Below are positions 7,723-15,136 of a stretch of DNA of 64,000 nt, in pieces. Within the stretch, counting starts at the first letter, position 1, and every line of letters starts with the position of its first letter. A model generated the notes under the pieces. That model saw only the letters and a program-made list of their open reading frames with translations, made no database searches and had not been told where the DNA came from. The position numbers and the translations under genes were made by a program. The DNA is from Solirubrobacteraceae bacterium (lineage in GTDB: Bacteria > Actinomycetota > Thermoleophilia > Solirubrobacterales > Solirubrobacteraceae), in assembly GCA_025451035.1 (NCBI GenBank), contig JANWLE010000069.1:13483-77482 (forward strand), read 5' to 3'.

Positions 7723-9107
7723 CCGTGAGCGCGGCCGGAACCTGGAGGTCTCCGGCGGGTATCGAGTTTCGTGTCAGCGCGTCTCGCGCGTACCGGCTGG
7801 ACGATGCGATGATCGCCGCGACGTTCCGAGCGCGACTTCCTGAGCGTGTTGCAGATCTGCTCGATATCGCCATGGAGGTATATGCGGCCGACCGGCTGAC
7901 TACGCGCAGTCTTCGTGATCCGATCGGCCGCGGGTGGTGTCGCGAGCTTTCGCCGGTGATCGAGGTCCGCGACGTCGAGTTTTGGTCGTCTGACCAGGTC
8001 GCCGGCACATTGACGGGCGTCCTTGACTGGTTGACCGACGATTATTGGGAGCTGTGTTTTGTTCCGTTCCGGGGCCAGCGCTCTCACGCTGAGACGCAGG
8101 ACACCCTTTTCTCGTTCCGACCGGAGAACATTGCCGCTGTCGCCTGCTTCAGCGGTGGGCTTGACTCGTTTGGTGGTGCGGCGATCGATCTGGGTGAGCA
8201 GGAAGACCTTGAGCTTGTCCTCGTCGGCGCGAGCGGAACGAACCGCGCCCGCTCGCTGCAACGCGAGCTCTCCACAGAGTTGGCGACGCGTACGGGGCGC
8301 GTTCAGCCACTCCTGGTCAAGGCGAATCTCGTCGGCGCGAAGGCGCGGCCCCAGGATCGCCACCAGCGCACACGCGGGCTGCTGTTTCTCTCTCTCGCCG
8401 CCGCGACGGCGCTTGTCGCCGATGTCGACGAAATCCGCGTATACGAGAATGGCGTCGGCGCGATCAACCTTCCGTACAGTCATGGTCAGATCGGCGCTCA
8501 CATGTCGCGCTCAGCCCATCCCAAGACACTCGCGGCGATGCAACGTCTTGTGGATCTCATTGACGTGGCAGGGGTGCGCTTCACCTTGCCACGAATGTTC
8601 GACACTAAGGCCGAGCTCACCGCTCGAATCCCAGAGCAGTTCACGGACCTCATTAGGAGGACAGTGTCATGTGATACGTGGTCCTCCGATCGTCAGCCGC
8701 CGCCGCCGAAAGGTGAGCGCGTCCACCGCTGCGGCAGCTGCTCGAGCTGCATTCTGAGGCGGCAGGCGCTTTACGCCAGCGGCCGCGTTTCGCTCGACGC
8801 GCATGAGCGCTATCGCGCGAACGCCTTTGCGAGTAACCCTACTAATGCCGCCGCATTTTCACTACGTCTGATGCTCAACCAGATCGCCGAGCTTGACGCC
8901 GCTACTAGTGCCGAGCACCCATGGGCCGCGCTCGTTGAGGTGTTCCCGCAGCTCGTTGAGGCGCGGGACGCACTACTGAATCTTGGTCATGGCTCCAGCG
9001 TCGAAGACGAGCTGGTCGGACTTTACCGCCGCCACGCCGACGAGTGGCGTCGGGTGGAGGCACCGATTGTGGAACGGTACTTGGGGACGGTGCCGTCATG
9101 GGCGTGA
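7719..9107 (+). CDS. QueC-fold PP-loop ATPase with a ~140-aa N-terminal extension (QatC-like)
   Basis: PP-loop CFSGGLDSFGGA. The stretch GLLFLSLAAATALVADVDEIRVYENG resembles QueC GRNLLFLSFAA...VTG. TKAELTARI is also present. C-terminal Zn-cysteine cluster SCD...HRCGSCSSCILRRQAL. There are no que or tgt genes nearby. Confidence 0.85.
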   Translation: MTVSAAGTWRSPAGIEFRVSASRAYRLDDAMIAATFRARLPERVADLLDIAMEVYAADRLTTRSLRDPIGRGWCRELSPVIEVRDVEFWSSDQVAGTLTGVLDWLTDDYWELCFVPFRGQRSHAETQDTLFSFRPENIAAVACFSGGLDSFGGAAIDLGEQEDLELVLVGASGTNRARSLQRELSTELATRTGRVQPLLVKANLVGAKARPQDRHQRTRGLLFLSLAAATALVADVDEIRVYENGVGAINLPYSHGQIGAHMSRSAHPKTLAAMQRLVDLIDVAGVRFTLPRMFDTKAELTARIPEQFTDLIRRTVSCDTWSSDRQPPPPKGERVHRCGSCSSCILRRQALYASGRVSLDAHERYRANAFASNPTNAAAFSLRLMLNQIAELDAATSAEHPWAALVEVFPQLVEARDALLNLGHGSSVEDELVGLYRRHADEWRRVEAPIVERYLGTVPSWA

Positions 9108-10249
9108 GCGAGGCGGAGCTCCGTAACCCGAACCTGCCAAAGCGACTGCGCAACGCGCGACGCGACCGAGGCCTGACTCAGGAGGCTGTCGCTGAGCAGC
9201 TAGGGCTTGCCCGCACGTCGCTTGTGGCGCTTGAGAAGGGCGAGCGCTTCATCCGCCCAGACGAGCTCGTCGTGATGGCCCGGCTTTACGGTCGCCCGAT
9301 CGATGAGCTTCTCCGCCCAAGCGCTCCCGCCGACAACTTCGTCGGGCAGTTTCGCACGTCGCTCTCGCGCACAGCAGATGCCGACAAGCTTGAGGACGCA
9401 ATCCGCACGATAGAGCGTTACGCTGAGGACTACCGTGAGCTCGAGCGTCGCTCCGGCGTCGCTCCGGATCACCGGTACCCTGCGCCCTACTCGGTTGATG
9501 GGCTGTCACCCACGGCTGCGGCAACAGAAATCGCCTCGACTGAGCGCAATCGCCTGGGCCTTGGTGACGGACCACTGCCTAACCTCCGCGACATCCTTGA
9601 GACGAAGCTGGGGATCCGAGTCTTCTTTATTGAGCTGCCACCCCGGATTGAGGGCTTTTTCGCGTTCACACCGGAGACCGGCGCGTGCATTGCTGTGAAT
9701 GCCAAGCACCCGGTAGAGCGTCAACAGTGGACGATGGCGCACGAGTTCGCGCACTTCCTAACCCGGCGCTTGCGCGCAGAGATCACAGTGTCAAAGATGG
9801 AGCCGCGGGGCCGCACTCCTCAGCACGAGCGGCTCGCCGAGGCATTCGCCGGCGACTTCCTGATGCCGACCTCCGGCCTGACACGCGACTTCAACGCGAT
9901 CCGGCGCACAGGCGTGGAGGGTGTGACCCCGGGCACCCTCGTTGAGCTGGCCGCGTTCTATCGCGTTTCGTTTCAAGCACTGGTCGTCCGCCTGGAAGGA
10001 CTTGGCCTCCTGCCTCGTGGGACATTCGACATGCTCCAGCACGAGCGCTTCAGCGTCGCAGAGGCACGCCGCCTGCTCGGGCTATCTGCGCCGGAGCCCG
10101 ACACCCGTGTGTTCCCGGTGCGGTACGTGACGCTGGCTGTTGACGCCTACCGGGACGGCAGCATTTCGGAGGGTGCGTTCGCGCGCCTCCTCCTCCTCGA
10201 TCGTGTTACCGCGCGCGCAGTCGCGCGCACTCTCGAAAACATGGCATAG
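9098..10249 (+). CDS. XRE-family HTH fused to an ImmA/IrrE (COG2856) metallopeptidase
   Basis: ATG 9098 lies inside the last 10 nt of the upstream gene. HTH: LRNARRDRGLTQEAVAEQLGLARTSLVALEKGER. Zn motif: MAHEFAHFL (HExxH), followed by EAFAGDFLMP. Confidence 0.85.
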   Translation: MGVSEAELRNPNLPKRLRNARRDRGLTQEAVAEQLGLARTSLVALEKGERFIRPDELVVMARLYGRPIDELLRPSAPADNFVGQFRTSLSRTADADKLEDAIRTIERYAEDYRELERRSGVAPDHRYPAPYSVDGLSPTAAATEIASTERNRLGLGDGPLPNLRDILETKLGIRVFFIELPPRIEGFFAFTPETGACIAVNAKHPVERQQWTMAHEFAHFLTRRLRAEITVSKMEPRGRTPQHERLAEAFAGDFLMPTSGLTRDFNAIRRTGVEGVTPGTLVELAAFYRVSFQALVVRLEGLGLLPRGTFDMLQHERFSVAEARRLLGLSAPEPDTRVFPVRYVTLAVDAYRDGSISEGAFARLLLLDRVTARAVARTLENMA

Positions 10250-10251
10250 TA

Positions 10252-10806
10252 ATGGCGGCGCGCAGGCTCTCGATCGACGCCTGCGTGCTGATCAACCTGT
10301 GTGCGACCGGCCGCCTGCACGACATCGCCTCGAACCTGGATGCGTGTTTTATTGTCGTACAGGAGGTCGCAAGCGAGTCGTTCTACCTGTCTTCGACCGG
10401 TAAACGAGATGACAGGTTGACGCCGATAGACCTCGACGGTCTCCTCGCCAACGGGCTGATTGAGCTCACAAGTCTCGATGGTGACGAGTTCACGACGTTT
10501 GTCAGAGTGGCCGAGCGGCTCGATGACGGCGAGGCGGCAACGCTGGCGCTCGCGCTACACCGGGGTTTGCCCCTAGCCACAGATGATCGCGCCGCGCTAC
10601 GGTTGATCGATGCGGACTACCCGCGAATGGAGGTGCTGTCAACGTCGCAGATCATCCGGCGCTATTGCGAGCGAGCCCGTCTGTCGTCAGTCGACGTGGC
10701 CGGTTGTCTCAACGCGATCGAACAGCGCGCCAGCTTTGTCCCACCGGATCGTGACCCAGAGGTGGAGTGGTGGCGGTCGGCGCGGGAAAGCGTAAGGGGC
10801 GATTAG
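10252..10806 (+). CDS. PIN-like nuclease domain protein
   Basis: Starts 2 nt after the upstream stop. Acidic PIN-type positions: SIDACVLINL, DDGEAATLALA and LATDDRAA. PIN or DUF4411-type partners of COG2856 proteins are a known pairing. Confidence 0.65.
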   Translation: MAARRLSIDACVLINLCATGRLHDIASNLDACFIVVQEVASESFYLSSTGKRDDRLTPIDLDGLLANGLIELTSLDGDEFTTFVRVAERLDDGEAATLALALHRGLPLATDDRAALRLIDADYPRMEVLSTSQIIRRYCERARLSSVDVAGCLNAIEQRASFVPPDRDPEVEWWRSARESVRGD

Positions 10807-10976
10807 CGTCGCATCGGCTAGATCGCTGGCCTTGTCGCTAAATTCAGTGTCCAATGCATGAAGTCGATCGGCGAGGCCATCCGTACCTACGCCTCAGTGT
10901 CTTTGATGTGCAATCTCGCACAGCGTTCGTCGAGTCGTGCGCCATGTGCGGTACTTATGGGCGGTTACCAGTGCAG

Positions 10977-11255
10977 CTAGATCTGTACCTCCCCAGCCCT
11001 CACGGCCGCTCTCGTAGGGAACACGAACCGGTCCAAGCGATGGATGAGCCCGTCTCGCTCGAGCCTCATCAAAGTGTCGCCCGCAGTGGTTGGACTCCCG
11101 ATCACGCGGCTGATCTCATCGACTGCCCACAGACCCGGGTGATCTGAGTCGATCAGGATCGCCAGCACCATCCCATCGTCGAAGTCATCCCGTTCTCCCA
11201 CGTCGGTCGCAGGCGCTTGCTCTCGCGGTATGCGGCTACAGTGCCTCTCAGGCAT
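10977..11255 (-). CDS. Small putative winged-helix protein
   Basis: 92-aa ORF (HPGLWAVDEISRVIG...TLMRLERDGLIHRLDRFVFPTRAA). The start may be internal (ATG 11171). It competes with a 97-aa plus-strand shadow ORF. Confidence 0.45.
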   Translation of the reverse strand: MPERHCSRIPREQAPATDVGERDDFDDGMVLAILIDSDHPGLWAVDEISRVIGSPTTAGDTLMRLERDGLIHRLDRFVFPTRAAVRAGEVQI

Positions 11256-11464
11256 AGGAACTCACTTTCCTTTGTCTAGACCCCGGCATGGGCTGCACTC
11301 CCGTGTCGGGGTCGCTATTTACCAGCAACTACCCGACGATAATGCCTGACCTTCAAGAATCAACGCTGTCCACAGTTCTGGCACACAGCTGACACAGTTT
11401 GATAGCTGGCTACCTCTGAACGCGGATCAGCCCCGCACGCAACAGGTCACTCGTCCTCCTCGTC

Positions 11465-11499
11465 GATCACCTCCTCGCTGGTGGTTGAAGGAGGTGATC
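11465..11499 (+). promoter_or_regulatory. SD-sequestering hairpin: a 16S-3'-end mimic GATCACCTCCT paired to the SD AGGAGGTGATC
   Basis: 11465-11475 and 11489-11499 form a perfect 11-bp inverted repeat with a 13-nt loop. The 3' arm is an extended Shine-Dalgarno sequence 7 nt upstream of GTG 11502. Confidence 0.6.
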
Positions 11500-11501
11500 T
11501 A

Positions 11502-11561
11502 GTGCAGAACGAGCTGATAGTGATGCTGCTGACGATCGCGGTAATCCTGCGCTCACGGTAG
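11502..11561 (+). CDS. Candidate 19-aa hydrophobic peptide (type-I-toxin-like small ORF)
   Basis: The codons run GTG CAG AAC GAG CTG ATA GTG ATG CTG CTG ACG ATC GCG GTA ATC CTG CGC TCA CGG TAG. They translate to MQNELIVMLLTIAVILRSR. The extended SD AAGGAGGTGATC sits at ideal spacing, and a stem-loop at 11575-11599 follows. Confidence 0.4.
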   Translation: MQNELIVMLLTIAVILRSR

Positions 11562-11598
11562 CCAACGTGTCGCTGAGCGCCCGCCTCGTGTGGGCGCT

Positions 11599-11787
11599 TC
11601 AGTCGATGCCTTCCGCCGCCTCAATCTCGTCGATCTTGTGCCGGCGAACCCAACGGTTGAGCTCTATCGGGTCGAAGCGGATCTGCTCACCAATCCTGTA
11701 GTGCGGGATCAAGTGATGTCGTGCTCCAGCTTCAAGCAGAGTGGGCGCGATCCTCAGCCGTGAGCTGGCCGCGATAGGGTCTATCAA
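11599..11787 (-). CDS. Excisionase/AlpA-type (HTH_17) DNA-binding protein
   Basis: ...PIAASSRLRIAPTLLEAGARHHLIPHYRIGEQIRFDPIELNRWV matches the MerR-like excisionase HTH pattern. I chose TTG 11787, preceded by AAGGAG. The start is uncertain and the track ORF extends to 11904. Confidence 0.55.
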   Translation of the reverse strand: MIDPIAASSRLRIAPTLLEAGARHHLIPHYRIGEQIRFDPIELNRWVRRHKIDEIEAAEGID

Positions 11788-12283
11788 GTCGATTACACAC
11801 TCCTTGCCATGTCCGCCTCTCGTTCGTACGCCGTGTGGCGCTTTGAGAAGTGAAAATCGTTGGACATGTAGCCTGCTGACGCAATATCGTTGGATCATCC
11901 GCAACTACCTCCTATTTGTGACATGTCTCTGAGTCTTTGAGAGTCACTTCCAAAAACCAAAACCAAAACCGCCGACAACGGGCTTCCCTTTTTGCATGCG
12001 CCAGCGTGCTACGCTCGATCCTGTCGGCGGTTGGATAACCCCTTACATGTCCAATCTGGGGAACACAAGGCGTGCCGGCGGACCAGCCGATGCCGGAGTG
12101 GTCGGCCCTGGAAGGGACGGCGCTCTATGGCTGTGATTTGAACCGTTGTAACCCCCCTTCCCTTCCAGAAGTCGCACTCGCGTCTTCTAAGCGCCCGAGT
12201 GGTATCTAGGCCACACGCCACTCCCGCAAGGAGGCGGTTGTCGGCGCGGTGGCCTAGCCGCGAATCACGGTCACGCCTGGGCG

Positions 12284-12991
12284 GTGGGCTGGGTTATGCT
12301 CCACTGCATGCCAAACGGCCGCCACGCGTTCAATCCGCTCGATCGCGTCGAGCTTGGCCGCAGCGTTGGCCGAGCCCTACTTCTGAGCCCGTGTGAGGAG
12401 CTCCCTCCTGAGCGCTTTGACGGAGTTGGTATCTACGCGCTCTACTACCAAGGCGACTTCGATCCGTATCGACCCGTCGCGTTGGCGGGTTGCGAGTGGC
12501 CGATCTATGTCGGGCGTGCTATGCCTGCTGGAGGTCGTAAGGGCTTGATCGGGCTGAACGCGTCGCCGGGCCGCAAGCTCTATGAGCGTCTACGTCAGCA
12601 CTACAGCTCGGTGAAGGCGGCCAAAAACCTAGACGAGCGTGACTTCCGTTGCCGATACCTTGTCGTGGACGACATCTGGATTCCGCTCGCCGAGCGTCTG
12701 CTGATCGGCCACTACCGGCCCCTGTGGAACGGCGTTGTGGACGGCTTCGGTATCCACGCGCCCGGTGGTACGCCTGGGGGCACGACGGGTCGCGCTGGTC
12801 AGCAGAAGTCTGCTTGGGACACATTGCATCCGGGTCGATCATTCGCCAAGGGCCGGCCCACGCGAGTGAAGCTCGCGGAGATCCGATCACGAATCGCCAA
12901 GCACATCGAAGCGCACCCGCCCCAAGCGGGCGAGCCGCCAACCCTCGCCGATCCCCCAGCTCTCGAGGCTCCAGGCGAGCTCGAAGACTAG
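12284..12991 (+). CDS. Eco29kI-family (GIY-YIG) type II restriction endonuclease
   Basis: LPPERFDGVGIYALYY, WPIYVGRAMPAGGRKG, FRCRYLVVDDIWIPLAERLLIGHYRPLWNGVVDGFGIHAPG and SAWDTLHPGRSFA match the Eco29kI pattern. The start is uncertain (GTG 12284, or ATG 12296/12308). Confidence 0.85.
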   Translation: MGWVMLHCMPNGRHAFNPLDRVELGRSVGRALLLSPCEELPPERFDGVGIYALYYQGDFDPYRPVALAGCEWPIYVGRAMPAGGRKGLIGLNASPGRKLYERLRQHYSSVKAAKNLDERDFRCRYLVVDDIWIPLAERLLIGHYRPLWNGVVDGFGIHAPGGTPGGTTGRAGQQKSAWDTLHPGRSFAKGRPTRVKLAEIRSRIAKHIEAHPPQAGEPPTLADPPALEAPGELED

Positions 12992-13067
12992 GGTGAGTTA
13001 CGGCACAAAGTTGGCTCTAAACAGGCGCTAAGCGCGGACACTTGTAGATGATGGCGCGTAGCTTCGG

Positions 13068-14432
13068 TTGGCTATGACGTCAGTCAAAAGTTCCGCCGAG
13101 CTCCGCGGTAGTGTCACGACCATGTCGCTGGGTTTTGAGCTGGCACGGCGGCCAGTCGATGCCATCTCTTCCTCAGCCGCAGGCACCTCGATCGAGCTAT
13201 TCGCGGGTGGTGGTGGCCTGGCTCTAGGTGTTCACGAGGCTGGCTTTCAGCACTTGCTCGTGAACGAGCTGGACCGTCGCGCGTGTGAGACTCTCCGCGA
13301 GAACGTCGCGGAGGACTTCGAGGCTCAATCCAGTGACGGTCGCTGGCCGTTGCTCGCCGGTGATGTCGCCGCGATCGACTGGAGTCCGTTCGCCGGGAGG
13401 GTTGATCTGCTCGCTGGTGGCGCTCCCTGCCAGCCGTTCTCGCTTGGCGGTCGCCACCGTGGCGAGCAGGACAAGCGCAATTTGTTCCCCGAAGTCTTTC
13501 GCGCGATGCGTGAAGTGCGCCCTAGGGCGTTCTTGCTGGAGAATGTGCGTGGTCTGCTGCGCCAATCCTTCAGGCCGTACTTCGATTATATTCTCGACCA
13601 GCTACGGCAGCCGTATCTCTCGCCGAAGCGAGGAGAGTCCTGGGAGCGCCACAAGGCTCGCCTCGAGCGCCAAGGCTCTCCATATGGAGCGGAGAGGGAT
13701 CGCTATGTCGTGCACACGCTGCTCGTAAACGCGGCCGACTATGGCCTGCCGCAGAACCGCCACCGCGTCCTCATCGTCGGCTTCCGCGAAGACCTCGGCG
13801 TAGAGTGGACCTGGCCTGAGGCAACACACAGCCGCCGTGCGCTCGTATGGGCGAAGAAGAACGGGTCCTACTGGAGAGAGCACGGGATCCGCCCCGTGAC
13901 GGATCCAAGCGGTCCCAACGGCGAAGGCGGATCCCATCGCGAGCCGCCAGAGCTACGCTGGCGAACTCTTCGAGACGCGATCAAGGGACTTCCTGAGCCA
14001 GTCGATGGGAAGGAGCATCCCAGGATCGCCAACCATGTCGGCATCCCCGGTGCTCGCCTGTATACAGGGCATACGGGCAATCCGCTCGACTGGCCCGCCA
14101 AGACGGTCAAGGCCGGCGTGCACGGCGTGCCTGGTGGTGAGCACGTGCTGCTCCGCGACGATGGCACCCACCGCTATCTCACCGTCCGCGAGTGCGCCCG
14201 ACTACAAGGCTTCCCGGACTCCTACCGCTTCACGGGACCTCGCAGCGAGGCAATGCGCCAGATCGGCAACGCCGTACCGGTTCCGCTTGCTCGACTTATT
14301 GCCGTCCGCGTAGCCGATAAGCTCGCTGGAACACTACGTCCAGCGCATGCAGACAACAACGGAGCGTCGCCGAGATCCCGCTGTCACCTCCCGGATGATG
14401 GCAGCGGTCAAGCACAAGGACTCACGGGCTGA
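13068..14432 (+). CDS. dcm: DNA (cytosine-5)-methyltransferase
   Basis: Motif [13 protein letters not shown], motif [14 protein letters not shown], motif [10 protein letters not shown], motif [15 protein letters not shown], then [15 protein letters not shown] and motif [10 protein letters not shown]. The start may be ATG 13074. Confidence 0.92.
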   Translation: MAMTSVKSSAELRGSVTTMSLGFELARRPVDAISSSAAGTSIELFAGGGGLALGVHEAGFQHLLVNELDRRACETLRENVAEDFEAQSSDGRWPLLAGDVAAIDWSPFAGRVDLLAGGAPCQPFSLGGRHRGEQDKRNLFPEVFRAMREVRPRAFLLENVRGLLRQSFRPYFDYILDQLRQPYLSPKRGESWERHKARLERQGSPYGAERDRYVVHTLLVNAADYGLPQNRHRVLIVGFREDLGVEWTWPEATHSRRALVWAKKNGSYWREHGIRPVTDPSGPNGEGGSHREPPELRWRTLRDAIKGLPEPVDGKEHPRIANHVGIPGARLYTGHTGNPLDWPAKTVKAGVHGVPGGEHVLLRDDGTHRYLTVRECARLQGFPDSYRFTGPRSEAMRQIGNAVPVPLARLIAVRVADKLAGTLRPAHADNNGASPRSRCHLPDDGSGQAQGLTG

Positions 14433-14790
14433 GCTTGCCCTTCGCCGTGAGCTGCACGCTCGCGGTGTGCGCTATCGCCTACACGCCAGAGATGTCTTTG
14501 GTTGTCCGGACATCGTCGTGCGAAAGCGCGGCGTCGCCGTGTTCGTCGACGGAGACTTCTGGCACGGCAACGCCCACAACAGGCGGGGCCTGAAAAGCCT
14601 CGAGGACCTGTTCCCCAGCAACAAGGAGTTCTGGGTGCCGAAGATCCACAGAACGATGGAGCGCGACCGCGAAGTCACCGCCACCCTGCAAGCCAATGGC
14701 TGGCAAGTCGTAAGGCTCTGGGAGGAAGACGTCCTAGAAGCGCCCGCGCTCGCTGCGGACAGGGTCGAGCGCCTCATACGAGGTCGATAG
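14347..14790 (+). CDS. vsr: Very short patch repair endonuclease
   Basis: [33 protein letters not shown]...GCPDIVV...[11 protein letters not shown]...W..KI..N..RD. It overlaps the 3' end of the methyltransferase by 86 nt in another frame. Confidence 0.85.
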   Translation: MQTTTERRRDPAVTSRMMAAVKHKDSRAELALRRELHARGVRYRLHARDVFGCPDIVVRKRGVAVFVDGDFWHGNAHNRRGLKSLEDLFPSNKEFWVPKIHRTMERDREVTATLQANGWQVVRLWEEDVLEAPALAADRVERLIRGR

Positions 14791-14878
14791 CTTGCCTCGC
14801 TGGGCACCACGGCCACCCCTGGCTGTGGTGTGGAGGGCACCCTCTGGATCACGGGCCGACCGTACGCAGGAACAGGAC

Positions 14879-15112
14879 ATGGCCGCTGGTGGACCATCCG
14901 CTAGAAAGGTCAGATTGACCGACGGTCGAACGGCGATTGGCTCCATACGCCTTCGACATCTCCCCAAAACACGCCGTGTCTATGCCTATCTGCGCTATAG
15001 CCGGAACGGACAAACGATCACGAGGTATGTCGGCGACGCCACCGCTAACACGCGCGGCGAAGCTCTCAAAAAGGCTTGGGCCGAAGCGCGCCGCAGAGGT
15101 CTACTAAGCTAA
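14879..15112 (+). CDS. Small hypothetical protein downstream of vsr
   Basis: ATG 14879; 78 aa (…RRVYAYLRYSRNGQTITRYVGDATANTRGEALKKAWAEARRRGLL). A terminator follows. I recognise no family with confidence. Confidence 0.45.
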   Translation: MAAGGPSARKVRLTDGRTAIGSIRLRHLPKTRRVYAYLRYSRNGQTITRYVGDATANTRGEALKKAWAEARRRGLLS

Positions 15113-15136
15113 GACTAGCGCTGGGTGTTAGGTAGG

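Noticed and set aside
10854-11147. 97-aa plus-strand ORF
   Set aside because: It overlaps almost entirely with the minus-strand 92-aa ORF, which has a wHTH-like sequence pattern seen in actinobacterial small proteins. The plus-strand translation has no recognisable features. Neither call is strong.
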